Origin: Neoechinorhynchus agilis
Lineage: Eukaryota > Animalia > Acanthocephala
Reading direction: 5' to 3'
Assembly (NCBI GenBank): GCA_051530055.1
Contig: CM121342.1
Coordinates: 14,771,480 to 14,835,479, forward strand
DNA length: 64,000 bases
A program made the translations under genes and the position numbers. The notes beneath the pieces were generated by a model that did no database searches, had not been told where the DNA came from, and saw nothing but the letters and a program-made list of their open reading frames with translations. Shown piece after piece: positions 22,301 to 34,883 of this stretch. The number at the start of each line of letters is the position of its first letter. Positions within the stretch are counted from its first letter, which is position 1.

Positions 22301-25300
22301 AATTGGAATTCAGTACGCTTGAACAGTGGGGAATCATTGTCAGCCTTCATGATAGTGTTGATAACTTTATAGCTCTTCATCTACAAAATGGAACTCTCCA
22401 TCTCACAATCGATGATAGCAACATTGAACAGCAATCCTTTCCACTGTCGACAGATCATCTTAATGATGGACGATACCATCGAATTAAGATAATGAATTCA
22501 GCAAATGGGCGAGACTACGCAAATGTGGATAACTCAAATCGGATTTACTTTCCGGCTAATATTGTTAGTGACTTTTGGATAACTACTATTTATTTTGGGG
22601 CTGCTGATCATTGGGCCAAAGACCATTATAGTCTAATGGGTCATGGGCCGCATTTCGTCGGATGCCTCAGGAATATCCGATTTAATGACGATACAATTAT
22701 TCGCAACGATCATATAAAGGACAGAACTAGAATTAATTCTCATTGTAGACCCGCTATTCGTCACGTTCGCCCCGCAGTCCTCTATTTGAACCCATCGGTG
22801 AGTTTCTCATGTCGCGAACCAAGTCACACGGTCCAAGTTGGTCTTTCGAACAATGAAGATTTCAGTACTCTCAGTCTCCCATTCAGCACGGTTGCAAGAG
22901 ATGGAGTAGTAGCCTCACTCACATCGAGTATTGATCGGAAAATCATTCTCTTATATCTGAATAATGGGCGTCTAAATCTTGAGTATAAGGATTACGATAC
23001 AAAAGAAGAATTGCAACTCGTAACCGATGTCCAAGTGAACGATGGGCAGACTCATAATGTCAGATTGTCTCGGGGATCAACTGGGAAATTGTTGCTGCAT
23101 GTGGGAGACATTGAGTATTCGATTGCATTGCCTCAAGGATCAGCTCCTTTATTTTTTGACAATTTATCAATCGGCGGTGCCTTCGATGGTACACACAGTT
23201 CGGGCAATTTTGAGGGTTGTTTCAATAATGTAGAATACAACCGGGCAAGTATTGTGCCCTCAAATAATGTCCCCAAAGGAAGACACGAATGCAGAATTGC
23301 GAATCGAAAAATATGTGATGCTGGATCTTGTCCTTCCACCATTAGATACACACCCAATTTTTGTCCAACAAGAAAATGCGGTCTAACATGCCAAGCTGCA
23401 GACTCATCGATTGTGACCTACTACGTCAATAATCAAAGATCGAAACCATCAGAACAGCAAAAAATCGCATTTGCTTTCCGGGCCGATCAATCAAACAAGG
23501 CTCAAATGGTCAAATCAGTCGGAACTAATGCTCAATTATCGATAAATTTGGAGGTGAGAGATTTTGAAAGTCAATGACCGCTTCTAACTACTCTTATCGA
23601 TAGGATGGCATTTGCTATTTATTGTTAGATGGTAATGTAGGAGAAAGTGGCGTCTATCAAAAAAGATTCGATTGTCCGAGAAAACGGGTGACCGATTCTA
23701 AATTTCACACCATCAATCTATTAAAAAATGATAGAAAGGTTCGATTTGCTATGAATCAAGTTACACTTCGTGTATTCATTGTAGCTAAATTTGTCGCTGG
23801 ATAACTGGAATGAAGCGATTATTTACGACCTCGGGAACGTGCCGACTACGTTTGATCTTCTTAACGAACAACTTGTCTTATGCTCGAATTCATATAGTGG
23901 ACAGTTACAGGATGTAAGTGGCGTACAACTGAACCTCGAGAGTCTTACACCAACCATCCCTACTTGCTGCACAGCTTATAATTGGGAAGGATGGCGAAGA
24001 GATTGAAGTGCTGGACGACATTATTGCCAATCCTTCAAGGTCGTCTATCGGCCATGAAGCCCATTGGCATGATAGATATTCTCAAATGTCCAAAAGAGGT
24101 AAGAGTGCTATATTTCACATTTTAGTTCAAGAAAGATTTTTAATAAAATTACAGGCAATCACTTAATTTTTGCTTTTTGAATCGTTTAGAAGTGGATTTA
24201 TCAGAAGAGATTTGCGCTAGCCTGGTATGCAAACCAGGGGCAAGGAAATGCAGGTCCAAAAGGAGCACCAAAAAAGTCTGCATTTGCGTTGATGCCAATG
24301 AAAGTGACTGTGATGCAACTGGAGGTACCAGCCCCAGTAGAACCCGCTGTAGCTCTTCTGCCCCAACCCTGTGTCGCATGAACCCTCTAGGGACCAATAT
24401 TGTAGCCCATATCCTTTTTATTTTCGTTATATTTTATTTGATATTTTCAAAAAAGAGCACAATTCGGACACAATATGTCGATTTGTAAGGAGGTGCCGAG
24501 AAATATATTATTAGAGAATTATTGTTTAGAAGTCTTCATTCAGTAAATAATTTTTTCGATTAAAGACGTTCTGCTGACCTTGTCAAGTTCATCATCAATT
24601 CTAAAAAGTACAAATGGTGATATATTTATTCTGCTCTCACATGCGCTTATGATTGATTGTATTGTTAAAAAAAACTCTGTCTTCATAGCTAACAGAATGT
24701 AACAATACAATCATCCATAAGCGCATTCTAAGCCGCCTTTTATAGGCGGCATATCCAAATTCCATGAATATTTTGTCTAAGCGTCGTAGTGTAAGTTGAT
24801 TGGTAATCGATCAATAGATGTTTAATTTCTAGATTTTCCGCTTAATATTATAAACTGTTTAAGCTACATATATTTTCTAGATGTTTTCGCACCTTTAGCA
24901 TAGTGCTTTTGGCATGATCCTTGTCCTAAAAAACCCCGCTTATTCATTGCTATGTTTTTGATTTCAACATTTCCTTTCTAGTTGATCCATGCGCTTCATT
25001 GAGCTGTAATCATGGTTCCTGCGTTCGTCAGGACAACTACGGCGTCTGTAAATGTATGGATGGTTTCATTGGACCCAACTGTAACCTCAGAGGTGTGTCC
25101 TCAGGGTATTTCCATCATTTTAGAATTGTTCTGTTTAGATCCGTGCCTACGGTTACCATGCCAAAATGGCGGAACATGTATGTCTCAGATTACTAGTTCG
25201 AATGAAGCAACCTTTGTCTGTTACTGTACAACGGCCTACACTGGCACTTACTGCGAGACATCCTTCCAGCAACAACCTGGTATGTGTAGTGTGTGTTTGA

Positions 25301-28300
25301 AGAAGGTTAAATAGTCTGCCAATTCCACTGGTGGCGGTGGTGGTGGACCAGGGTTCCTATTCTCGTTACAAATTTGCTATGCATGCCGCGAATGTATTAG
25401 GTTAACAGACACAGCCATCAGAGTTGGTGCCTCGTACTAATGTGTACGGCGTGTTGTCTTATACAGAGCTCCGAAATCCAATTAGATGGCAGAAAATTCA
25501 GATTTTGCTTTGCATGCCGAGCCAACAAAGATCACGACGGCTTGAATGCAGGAGCTAAGTCTCTTTTTCGTGATGACCGTTATCGTCGATATTGTCATGT
25601 CTTATTATGTATACCACCAACCACCGTGGCCACTGGCAAATATCTCAAGTAACGTCCATGGCCAACCTGCACTTCTCGTCTTTTACGTAGCGCCACCCGT
25701 TGATCCATGCCAAAATGTATACTGCTACAACAATGGATACTGCAGCAACGGCCAATGCATTTGTCCAGCCACACACACTGGTCTATACTGTGAAGTATCA
25801 ATTCAAGTCGGTCAGTTTTCTTTTTTGCTTGTGTAAAATCGATTTCAAACAAGTTTTTCAAAATACAGATCCATGCGCGAATATCGTCTGTCAAAACGGT
25901 GGACAGTGTCGCGGTGGACGTTGTGAATGCAGTCCATATTTCACTGGAAGTTATTGTGAATTACCACGGGGTTTCTATATCTACACCTATTTGTTAGCAT
26001 TTATTTTGTTTGTTTGTTTCCAAAATAGATCCATGCGCTTCTGTGGTTTGCCAGAATGGCGGACAGTGCCAATATGGGCGATGCGAGTGCGGTCCGTACT
26101 TTGCTGGAGCGTACTGCGAAGTTCCTCTACCGATGGGTTAGATTTCTTCTTTTTTTCAAAGGTCATTCGCCACAACCCCTCGCTACTTTCAGACCCATGC
26201 AGTTCTGTGGTTTGCCAGAATGGCGGTCAGTGCCAATATGGGCGATGTGTGTGTCCAGCGTACTTTACAGGAAACTTTTGTGAACAGAAAGGTGAGATGC
26301 ACGCTCAACTAATTTCTTTTCTTACACAAACGCGCTGAGAGCACTGTCACCCCTAGAAATGACACCACTAATGACCAAAGATTATGTTTCTACGTGCCTA
26401 TCAAATGTCTCAGGCTTGCGCGCAAGGGGGAGAAAACGTTAAAACGCATTGAGCTTACTAATCCATGCCACTAATGAGATTCGTGTAGAAGTGTCCAAAA
26501 AGGAGGAAAGGTCGCAGGTCTCATTTTTCCTTTCTGATCTACACTCTATAGAGAAAGTTATGTAACATGAATTCTCGGCTAAAGGAGCTCTACGGGGACA
26601 CATTTCCTTAGCTCGTTTTGTACTTAGAAAAAGGATCACTACACTTCAGTGTATATCAAAAATAAGTTACACGGTAGCCAATGTTAGATTGAAAGCCTTT
26701 CGGCTGACATTACAATCGTATTTTTTCACGCTCAACCAAGTTGTTATTCGTCTCGGTTAAGCATAATTATATGCACCTTACACGGAGTCCAACACTTAAC
26801 AGGTACTTAAAAGCCTCCCCCCTGCGGCGTAACTCCACATTAGTCTTCTTTTGGAGATAGACAAAAACAACTTTTCCAAGGTGTTTCGGTGGTTGCATCA
26901 CCCAACACTCCCTGGTGTTCCCCTCCTCTCATATCCCGGTCGTATTTGCTTATCTGTTTCTCCTCTTCTTGAGTCGTCTGCCCCTTTTAGTCTAACTTAG
27001 ACATCTCGAGAAGTCATTTACTCCCGCCGTAACCGACTTCATTGTCTATGCTCGCCATCACACACACATACACTTTTGCTACAATAGGACAGACAGACGA
27101 AGTTAGGTCTCAAGCAGAAACCATCACCACCTCCGTCGCAGCCACCAAGAACCCTTCAGAACTTTTAGAGGAAAAAACGTTTATCCTTGCTCTTTACTCA
27201 GATCACTCTTGAAATGATAAACTGCATTCTTCACATAAGCACTTCTCTCCTAATATTCGTATTATGTGAGTATCTCTCTCGCTTCAATGTTGTTTACTCG
27301 TTTCGAGTCCGGCAAAACAAAAAACCCGTACACAACGACACATCCGCCTAGATAACTGCTATGGTGTAAACTGCAATAACGGCGGTCAGTGCCGAGATGG
27401 ATCTTGTGTATGTCCTCCTGGATACTCGGGTCCGTACTGTGATCAATACGGTTAGTTGCTGGTAGCGCATTAAACCTCGAAACCTTATTGGACATTATGT
27501 TGTTGTTGGGTTTTTTAATCGTAATTATCGTAAAATATAGATTTGTGCTACCAAGTGCATTGCCATAACAATGGGCAATGCTCCGGTGGACAATGCATCT
27601 GTCCTGCTGGGTTTTACGGGGCATTCTGCGAACAATGGGGTACGTCCGATCTGCATGCATTTGCACTTCTCTCTTGTTGGCATGAGTTTCTCAGTTGATG
27701 TGGCGCATGACTCTTTTCTGTTCATTTGTTTCAGTGAACTCGGAAACCGATCCTTGTGTGGACGTACATTGCCTGAATGGGGGTCGATGTGAACTTGGTC
27801 ATTGCTTGTGTGCTGCTGGCTTTCGAGGCCATAAATGCGAAGAACACTCGCCTGGTAAGGCACAGAAAACAACACTAAAAGGCACCACTCGTGCAAACTA
27901 ATAATAAAGGCACAACTCATTAACACTACATGCACACAAACTCACCACCGATTTCACGACTCATCGTCTGCACTGACATCGATACTAACGATTAAAAAAT
28001 GAAAGATTTATTGGATATTTAGATGAATGCGCCGGAGCATGCCATAATGGTGCTGCTTGTGTTAGTGGACAGTGTGTTTGCCCACCCAAGTTTAAAGGAA
28101 AATACTGCGATGTGCCAGGTATATTTGAAGAAACTTCTTTAAAGCTTTAAAAAAGCTTCCCTTTGAAAAAGATCCATGCTTCGGAGTTGTTTGCAAAAAC
28201 GGTGGACAGTGCGATGAGACAGCCGTGCTAGCGAACTCCTTGAAACTTTGTAACTGCCCAGTTGGATATTATGGACGATACTGCGAGATAAAATCGGGTA

Positions 28301-31225
28301 AAATCCAGCAGCACATATAACAATTTACCAAATCACACCCACACACCCGAACATATATGTTGCACGCAAAATTTATTATTAGAAGAAACAAACTTTGTAA
28401 CAATAACTCCTCCTTTATTGTTTAGATCCGTGCTATAATCTAAACTGTAATAATGGACAATGTATTGATGGAGTTTGTCAATGCTCTCCTGGATACATGG
28501 GAGAGTTGTGCGATCAAATAGCAGGTGAGAATTCTAAAGTCTAAAATCTTTTTTTTAAATTCTGGGGCCTTTACATATTCACTCTTTTAAAAGCCGGTTT
28601 TAATGAGAAGTTGGAATACGGCACAGAAGAGTGTCTCTGTCTGAACAATACTGAATTTGGTGAGACATCGCAAGGTTTAGTTTAGGATGTCTAGAAAGTT
28701 CAACACTATCAGTTTATATATCACACACACACATTATTTTGATGTCAGCTTAATAATGCACGTTCATTTTAAAATATTTAGTTCCGCATGATCGCGTAAG
28801 TAGAGAAGTCGTTCAAAATGTGAAAAATGTCGTATACGCTAAAGATAACTGCATTTGCAGGCGAAATGTGACTTGTCATCTAGAGAACGGTAAAACCCTT
28901 GCTGACCCGCCACCCATCCACCTTAAAATATTCTTTTTCTTTGAAAAGTGGTCTGTGGAAATTAGACGAGTTAAGCTGTCGATTTAGACGTCTGCTCCGG
29001 TGTGGAGTGTCTCAATGGCGGTAGCTGCTTCGACGGAGGTTGTCTTTGCATCTCGCATTTCTTTGGTGATCATTGCGAGCTTCTCGGTTCAACAGCTAGT
29101 AAGAAAGCACGGCAGCTTGCGTCTCGAATAATTTCGCTAATAACCACTTGTTCTTAAACCCGCTTATGCTCGTGTGATTGTGCTTGACCATAAAATCCAA
29201 TTAGCAATAGAACTGCTCTTTAGCTAGATTATTATTCACAAAACACACTAATAACACCTGTCCTTTTTTCTACAATATGTATAGTTCCACAAACTTATCA
29301 ACTTGGTCTAAAAGGAGGACTCATTGAGTATGGGCGAGTGCCAAAGAAACGCGGAAAATGGATCGGTGGAGTATTGGCTATTGCATCCGGTCTGGCGCTC
29401 GGTGCTCTTGCTACAATATATGGAGTGAGACAATGTGCTGAAGGAGCTTGTCTTGGTGGAAGATCGACTCGAATTCCAATCGATACCGGTACAACGATTC
29501 CAGTAATGACCGCTGGAACCGTTCATGCCGATCCTGTGGCGACCGTAATAAGCCACACCGTCCCAGGAGTTTACAGTGAAGAATGCGGCGGAGTTGAGCA
29601 CCATGCTTCGTCGATGGTGACAGAAGATAGACAACGATTACTGCCAGTGGAGACCGTCGGTGATGTTGGCCGTGTCGGACGGGCAGCCGGCATTACAACG
29701 GAAAAGATTGAAACTATCCACGGTATTTATTTTGCCGTTGCTCTCTTCATATCAAAACATTTTCATTTTAGAACGATTGGTTGAGGGTGACTTAATTGAC
29801 ACTGGAATGGGATTTGCAACCACCGGAGCAGCAATCGCCACTGCAGCTGCCCCAATGTACCACGTACCGCCTATCGCTGATTTTGGATATGACGGGGTAC
29901 GTACAGATTCCGGTAACGCTCAATACGCGACTGATGGGGCGGAAGCTTGGGATTCTGTGACTACCGGCGGAGCCGGATTTGCTACGATGGGTCAGGGTGT
30001 TAGTTCACTTGAGATGATGTCTCCTTCTGGATTTGGGTACCAAGCAGGATCTCCCATGATGCCTGATTATGAACTGAGCAACACTATGGCACTAACATTG
30101 ACCCCGAATGGAAAATACGCAATTGTGGGTCAGTCTCAAGGACCACCCCAAATATGGGATGCTCAGGTTTGTAGTTAGGATCAAATTTCTTAAATTGATT
30201 TTTGCGTTAAGACCGGAAATCTGATAAACTCAATGTACGGAAGCTGTACAAACTGCACTCAACTGGCATTAGCATGCAATGGAACTCTATTAGTCGGACT
30301 TGCTAGTGATATTGCTGATACTCAGCCTTGTATTGTCCAACTATGGGATGTTAGTAATGGACGACCAATTCATCTGAGTCACCAAATTAAATGCTCAGCA
30401 TTTACGTTAAGCAACAATATGAACAACTTGGTAATGGCAGGCAATCAGAAATACGGACGAGGAATATCGGTTGGCATTCTGGATTTAGTATCAAATGAGC
30501 TTACTAAAGAACTGAAATCCGATAGCCATATGCCTTTTGGTCGTGATCCATCATTCATAGCCCTTACTCCAGACGAACGGCATGCTATTGTTGGTTGTTT
30601 TAATCAGACTCAAGGACTTACCAACTATGTTGTTTTTGATCTTACGGCTGATACAGAGACCGTTCAACCTCCCCACATAAGCCTCGATTGCGACCCGAAG
30701 AATTGCACCGTTCTTAATAATTCTGAATGCATTGCAGCAGTCAATAATGGTCAATTGTTCGTTTGGGACATTAATACATGCAAACCCGTTCATTACTTTA
30801 GTGATAGCAATCTTGATAAAGTGGCTCATCGTAACCGAATAAACGATATTCAGCTCTCATCGCCTAATAAATCAATGATGATTACGGCTTCAAATGATGG
30901 AACAGCTAAAGTCTGGGATACAGTGAATCGAACCCTTATGACAAGATTACTTGGACATAATGGCGAAGTCACTTGTTGCTGTTTTTCGCAGCGATCGCCG
31001 GATAGCCAGCAACAGCAACTCGTAGTAACGGGTGCCCGAGATCTTACAATATGTCTGTGGCGCCTGCCAAGTGGACAACTGGCTGCTCAAATAAACATTG
31101 GAATGGTTCCAATCAAAGCCTTAATGGCTGCACACAATAGAACCGTGGTCGCTATAGGCGAAAAGGACACCGAACGGCAGCTATTGATGCTCCGGGTTAT
31201 GCAACAAACCCATCATCAAAGCTAA
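16366..31225 (+). CDS. Large multi-exon receptor-like protein: signal peptide, at least 5-6 Laminin G domains, about 14 EGF-like repeats, single TM, Gly/Ala/Thr-rich linker, C-terminal WD40 repeats
   Basis: LamG motifs (INDGEWHKLIIER, LNDGRYHRI, VNDGQTHNV, FEGCF). EGF exons DPC....CxNGGxC....CxC...FxGxxCE between 24982 and 29100. TM WIGGVLAIASGLALGALATIYGV at about 29359-29427. In-frame GT-AG junctions 29722|29772 and 30166|30212 join the TM exon to the WD40 ORF (30233-31225: VWDINT, ITASNDGTAKVWD, GHNGEVTCCCFS, TGARDLTICLW). The link of the 16366-17632 exons to the rest is inferred, not traced. Confidence 0.75.
24476..24600 (-). repeat. Degenerate family A hammerhead repeat in an intron of the receptor gene
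   Basis: ttagagaattattgtttagaagtct...ttaaagacgtt...gttcatcatca is homologous to 15662-15742; core mutated. Confidence 0.75.
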
Positions 31226-32132
31226 GCGGAAAAATGTGAGCCGGGAGTGCAGTGTGCCACTTTGTGCGTCCAACCAAAACTCATGTACTTAAATTATTCA
31301 TTTGCGCCACACAAGATGCAAAATATCGTTTTATAGTGATTGAAACTTTTTTTATAGTGGAAATAGTGTGGGACGGTGGGACGGGCATAATCTATCTTCC
31401 ATTTTTATACCAAAACCTTGCAATGAAAGCTAACGCTGTGATGTTCATCACTTTCGAGGGGCTAAAAGTGTTCATAAGTAACCATCATTTGGACACTTTC
31501 ACGGAAACGTAAATTCTGCACTCACGACTTTTCGAACCCAATGACTCTCGTGCTTAAATATGCTTCTAAACTGGTGGGTCGCATACCGTTGATCAAAGGT
31601 TAATGCGAAAAATGTTAAAAAGTTGAGAAATGAACTAAATACGCTAACTTTGGCCAACTTAAAACTCAAATGCTTTATTTAACTAAAAATTCATATTGTG
31701 CAAATAATAGATTGTCAGGCAACGTATTGCGATTTAAAGTTCATTGACATTAATGAAGGTTGCATAAAATTACGTTAATGGTTTTAGGGCATTTTAAATT
31801 TGAAGCGCTTAATGGCAATCTAAACTTCTCTTCGACACCTACCAGTGCTAATGCGTTTCTGGAGCTATCGAATCAATTCTTTTGATAAGCATTGCAATTA
31901 CAGTCAAATCAGTTTAATAGGACAGGTCGCTTATTAGGATCAAATTACAAAGGTCCAAGACAAATGTATTTACGCCCGCGTAATATTATTCGCTAATTGG
32001 GACAAAAATTTCGTATAATCGGACCACGAAACGCAAGAGCCAATAAGAAACACAGCCGAAACTTTGAATAGCGAACATATTGTCTCAAGTCTGCTTCCAA
32101 GAAAAACCAAGATTTCTTAAGAACGCTTTAGA

Positions 32133-32560
32133 CAGTGAACTGCGTGCGTACCTTATTGCCCCTCCAAAATGCCACGGCGGGATTTGACGTTAGCTGAAAA
32201 ATTGGTTTCCTGGATAATATTAAACATCAACAACAAAAACACAGATCAGCGTCGGTTGGAGGAAATTACCGGATTGGCAAAGATTGCGATTTCGCCGTTG
32301 ATACGACAAGAGAATAGGCACAGTGCGAAGGCAAGGATTCAGATCTCTATAAGGCCCTCAATGAATGGTTTGGCACTGTTACTTTTACGAGGTGTGCGAG
32401 TAAGCGGCCCAACGAATGCAAACCAGAAGATGTTGCTAAAAAGCTGGGTCACGATGACTTCAAAACTAGGGAAGGTTGGTTGCATCGTTCGGATCTAGAA
32501 ATGGCATATAATTCAAGAAAACTTATGATAGGACGGCCAAAGCTCGGAAATAAAGATTTC
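32133..32560 (+). mobile_element. pogo/Tigger-like (CENP-B family) transposase N-terminal remnant
   Basis: MPRRDLTLAEK...QRRLEEITGLAKIAIS (HTH-psq-like) and frameshifted VAKKLGHDDFKTREGWLHR, matching the HTH_Tnp_Tc5 F.AS.GWL.RF motif. Degenerate. Confidence 0.65.
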
Positions 32561-33012
32561 TATATCATTACAACATCACGCCCAATCGCCAATTAAGAAA
32601 CTTGAGCGATCATATGGCTGGAAAATCGAGTAGTATTTCACAAGATGCTATGCAATTCATTTCTTATTGTTTTTATACAGCGATGTCTAATCCATCCTCA
32701 AATATCTATCTGTAAGTATTTAATAACAGTTTAAGCTAGGATTTTTAACAACGCTACTAGAAATCCAATATCGAATTGCCACAATACTTTTATCATTGGT
32801 TAGTTTTCGCGAAAAGGCTTTAGTTATACAAACAATATTAGCCCGAAAAACCCAATCACAATGGCTGCGATGATTCCTGATCGATCGTTTACCAAAATCA
32901 ACTAATCATGAGTTTGTTTCGATCGTCGTTTGACGTTCCTTATTAATTCACATCGATTTTGGAAATAAAAAATATTAATAAATCTGCTTAATATCGCAAT
33001 TACATAGATGTA

Positions 33013-33727
33013 CAGGGTGGAACACGCCCTTACTACTCCCCCCTTCACAGAAAAAAAACAGTGAAGATATAAAGATGTGTTTATCACCATTGGAAAGCTT
33101 ATTTCAATACGGATTCAACGGTATATCATACTATGACATTCAATAATCAGTTGGGCCGCCATTGGCCTCCAGAACGGCCTTGATACGGGCAGGGTAGGAG
33201 CTCAAGAGGCGCTCGAACATGCCGGTGTTTCCGCGCAGCCCGGTCAGCACGGCGTCGATGGATCGACGCAGGGCTGCTTGGGAGTGGTCTCCGTTCGACC
33301 CCGTCCTTGATGATCGCTCCAATGTGTTCAGCGGGGTTGAGGTCCGGAGACGACCCGGGCCACTCGGAGCTGGAGAAGAAGTCGAGTGGACAGGGTGCGG
33401 CTGCCGAGTACAGGGTTCTGAATCATTCCACAGTTGTACACATCGCCATTCCAGTTGCACTTCACGAACTGTTCACTGCGATTGATGCGCTTGGCCACCC
33501 AGGGGCGAGTGATGAACTTGGCGCCGGCATCGCGGGCCTCCCGGAACGTGATGGTACGGATACGGTCAACGTGCCACGCTTCCTCGCTGTCAAATGCAGC
33601 CATCTGTGGGCAAAGTTATATATCGTTAGAAGCGTATTGAAATAAGCTTTCAAACCCTGAAACCCGCATCAGAATATCTGTTATAGTTTTCCTTGTGGAG
33701 GGGGTACTAAGGGTGTGTTACACCCTG
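33013..33727 (-). mobile_element. Internally deleted Tc1/mariner-superfamily DNA transposon with TIRs and TA target duplication
   Basis: TA-CAGGGTG(g/t)AACAC at 33011-33026 and its inverse CACCCTG-TA at 33721-33729, with extended subterminal complementarity. The minus strand encodes an N-terminus (MAAFDSEEAWHVDRIRTITFREARDAG...), WPGSSPDLNPAEHIGAIIKD and RIKAVLEANGGPTDY*. Confidence 0.9.
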
Positions 33728-34883
33728 TATATAGTTTTCCTGTGGACTTACACTCATGCATTTGATAAAGTCTAGTCTTTGGGGTGCTTACGATAAAGAT
33801 TGAGTGTATTTAAACGGAACACTTTTGACCCACGTGCTTATGCGGACTAAAGAATATTTATTGGCTTATTAGGAATTATCGATGGTACACCAACGCGATA
33901 AGTTCAAAGAGCGAACATTTCAGCCCTTTATAGCCGTTATTTTGTCAACGATGTCTCTTTTGCGGCTTTTATAGTGGTCAACCGACCTCGGACTTTATCG
34001 AAGTAAATATCCAATATCCGATTTTTTTGTAGAAAATCGACATTCAAAACTGATCAACGACTAAAGCAATGGATGGTACACTACTCGTTTACGAAATAAG
34101 CTATTGTCCTCGAAATCTGAACCTTGTTTACTTGGTTAAAGAATAAATACTTTAATACGTTTGATGAATAAAATACGTGAATTTTTTATTTATATTACTC
34201 AGAAACTGGAATAAATGGCGTGCTAGCAATAATCGGCAATCGCCAAACGAACCTAAGCATCAAAAGTTAAAAATATGTATGTCATGGTTTTGTTTAATTT
34301 CTTGCTAAATTTCTTCATGTATACGACGGATTTGCCTAAACCGTTTCATCGACAAGGATATCGTTACGGTCTCCATCGACCGATTATCGACTAGTTTTAG
34401 AGAAAACGATTACAATTATACGGTCTAGATTGTGGAAACTAACGGTAATTTATCTCTATGTCCTTATATTCTAAAGACAAACTCACATTACCTTAAGAAC
34501 TCGCTATCTTCTCAAACTTCTTCGCATCGCCTAAGAATGGGCTTTTCACTCCCTCTAAAGTATTCTGGATTGATTCAGTAATGTATTGGTGTGTTCAGCC
34601 AATTTTCTTTATAGTTTCAATTTCATTAAACTATATAAGTTATAATTTTCTTAATTACAAGATTATACTCATGTCTAGAACACTTGGGCGTTTTCTTTTA
34701 CTCACATTTTCAACTCTTTTATGACTAAGAGTAAAAAGAACGTAATGTCTCCACCCTCTTTTCTCTAATCCCAAAAATCCTGCACAAAAGTTGTGTGCAT
34801 TCTCGATCAACCATGCACAGGTCTTTTAGATACTACACTTCGTCTTTTTAAACATAGCTTCAAACTTGGTTGCAAAACGTCTT

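Noticed and set aside
30233-31225. Stand-alone WD40 gene
   Set aside because: An in-frame acceptor at 30211 and a WD repeat split across the upstream exon indicate it is the last exon of the LamG-EGF-TM gene.
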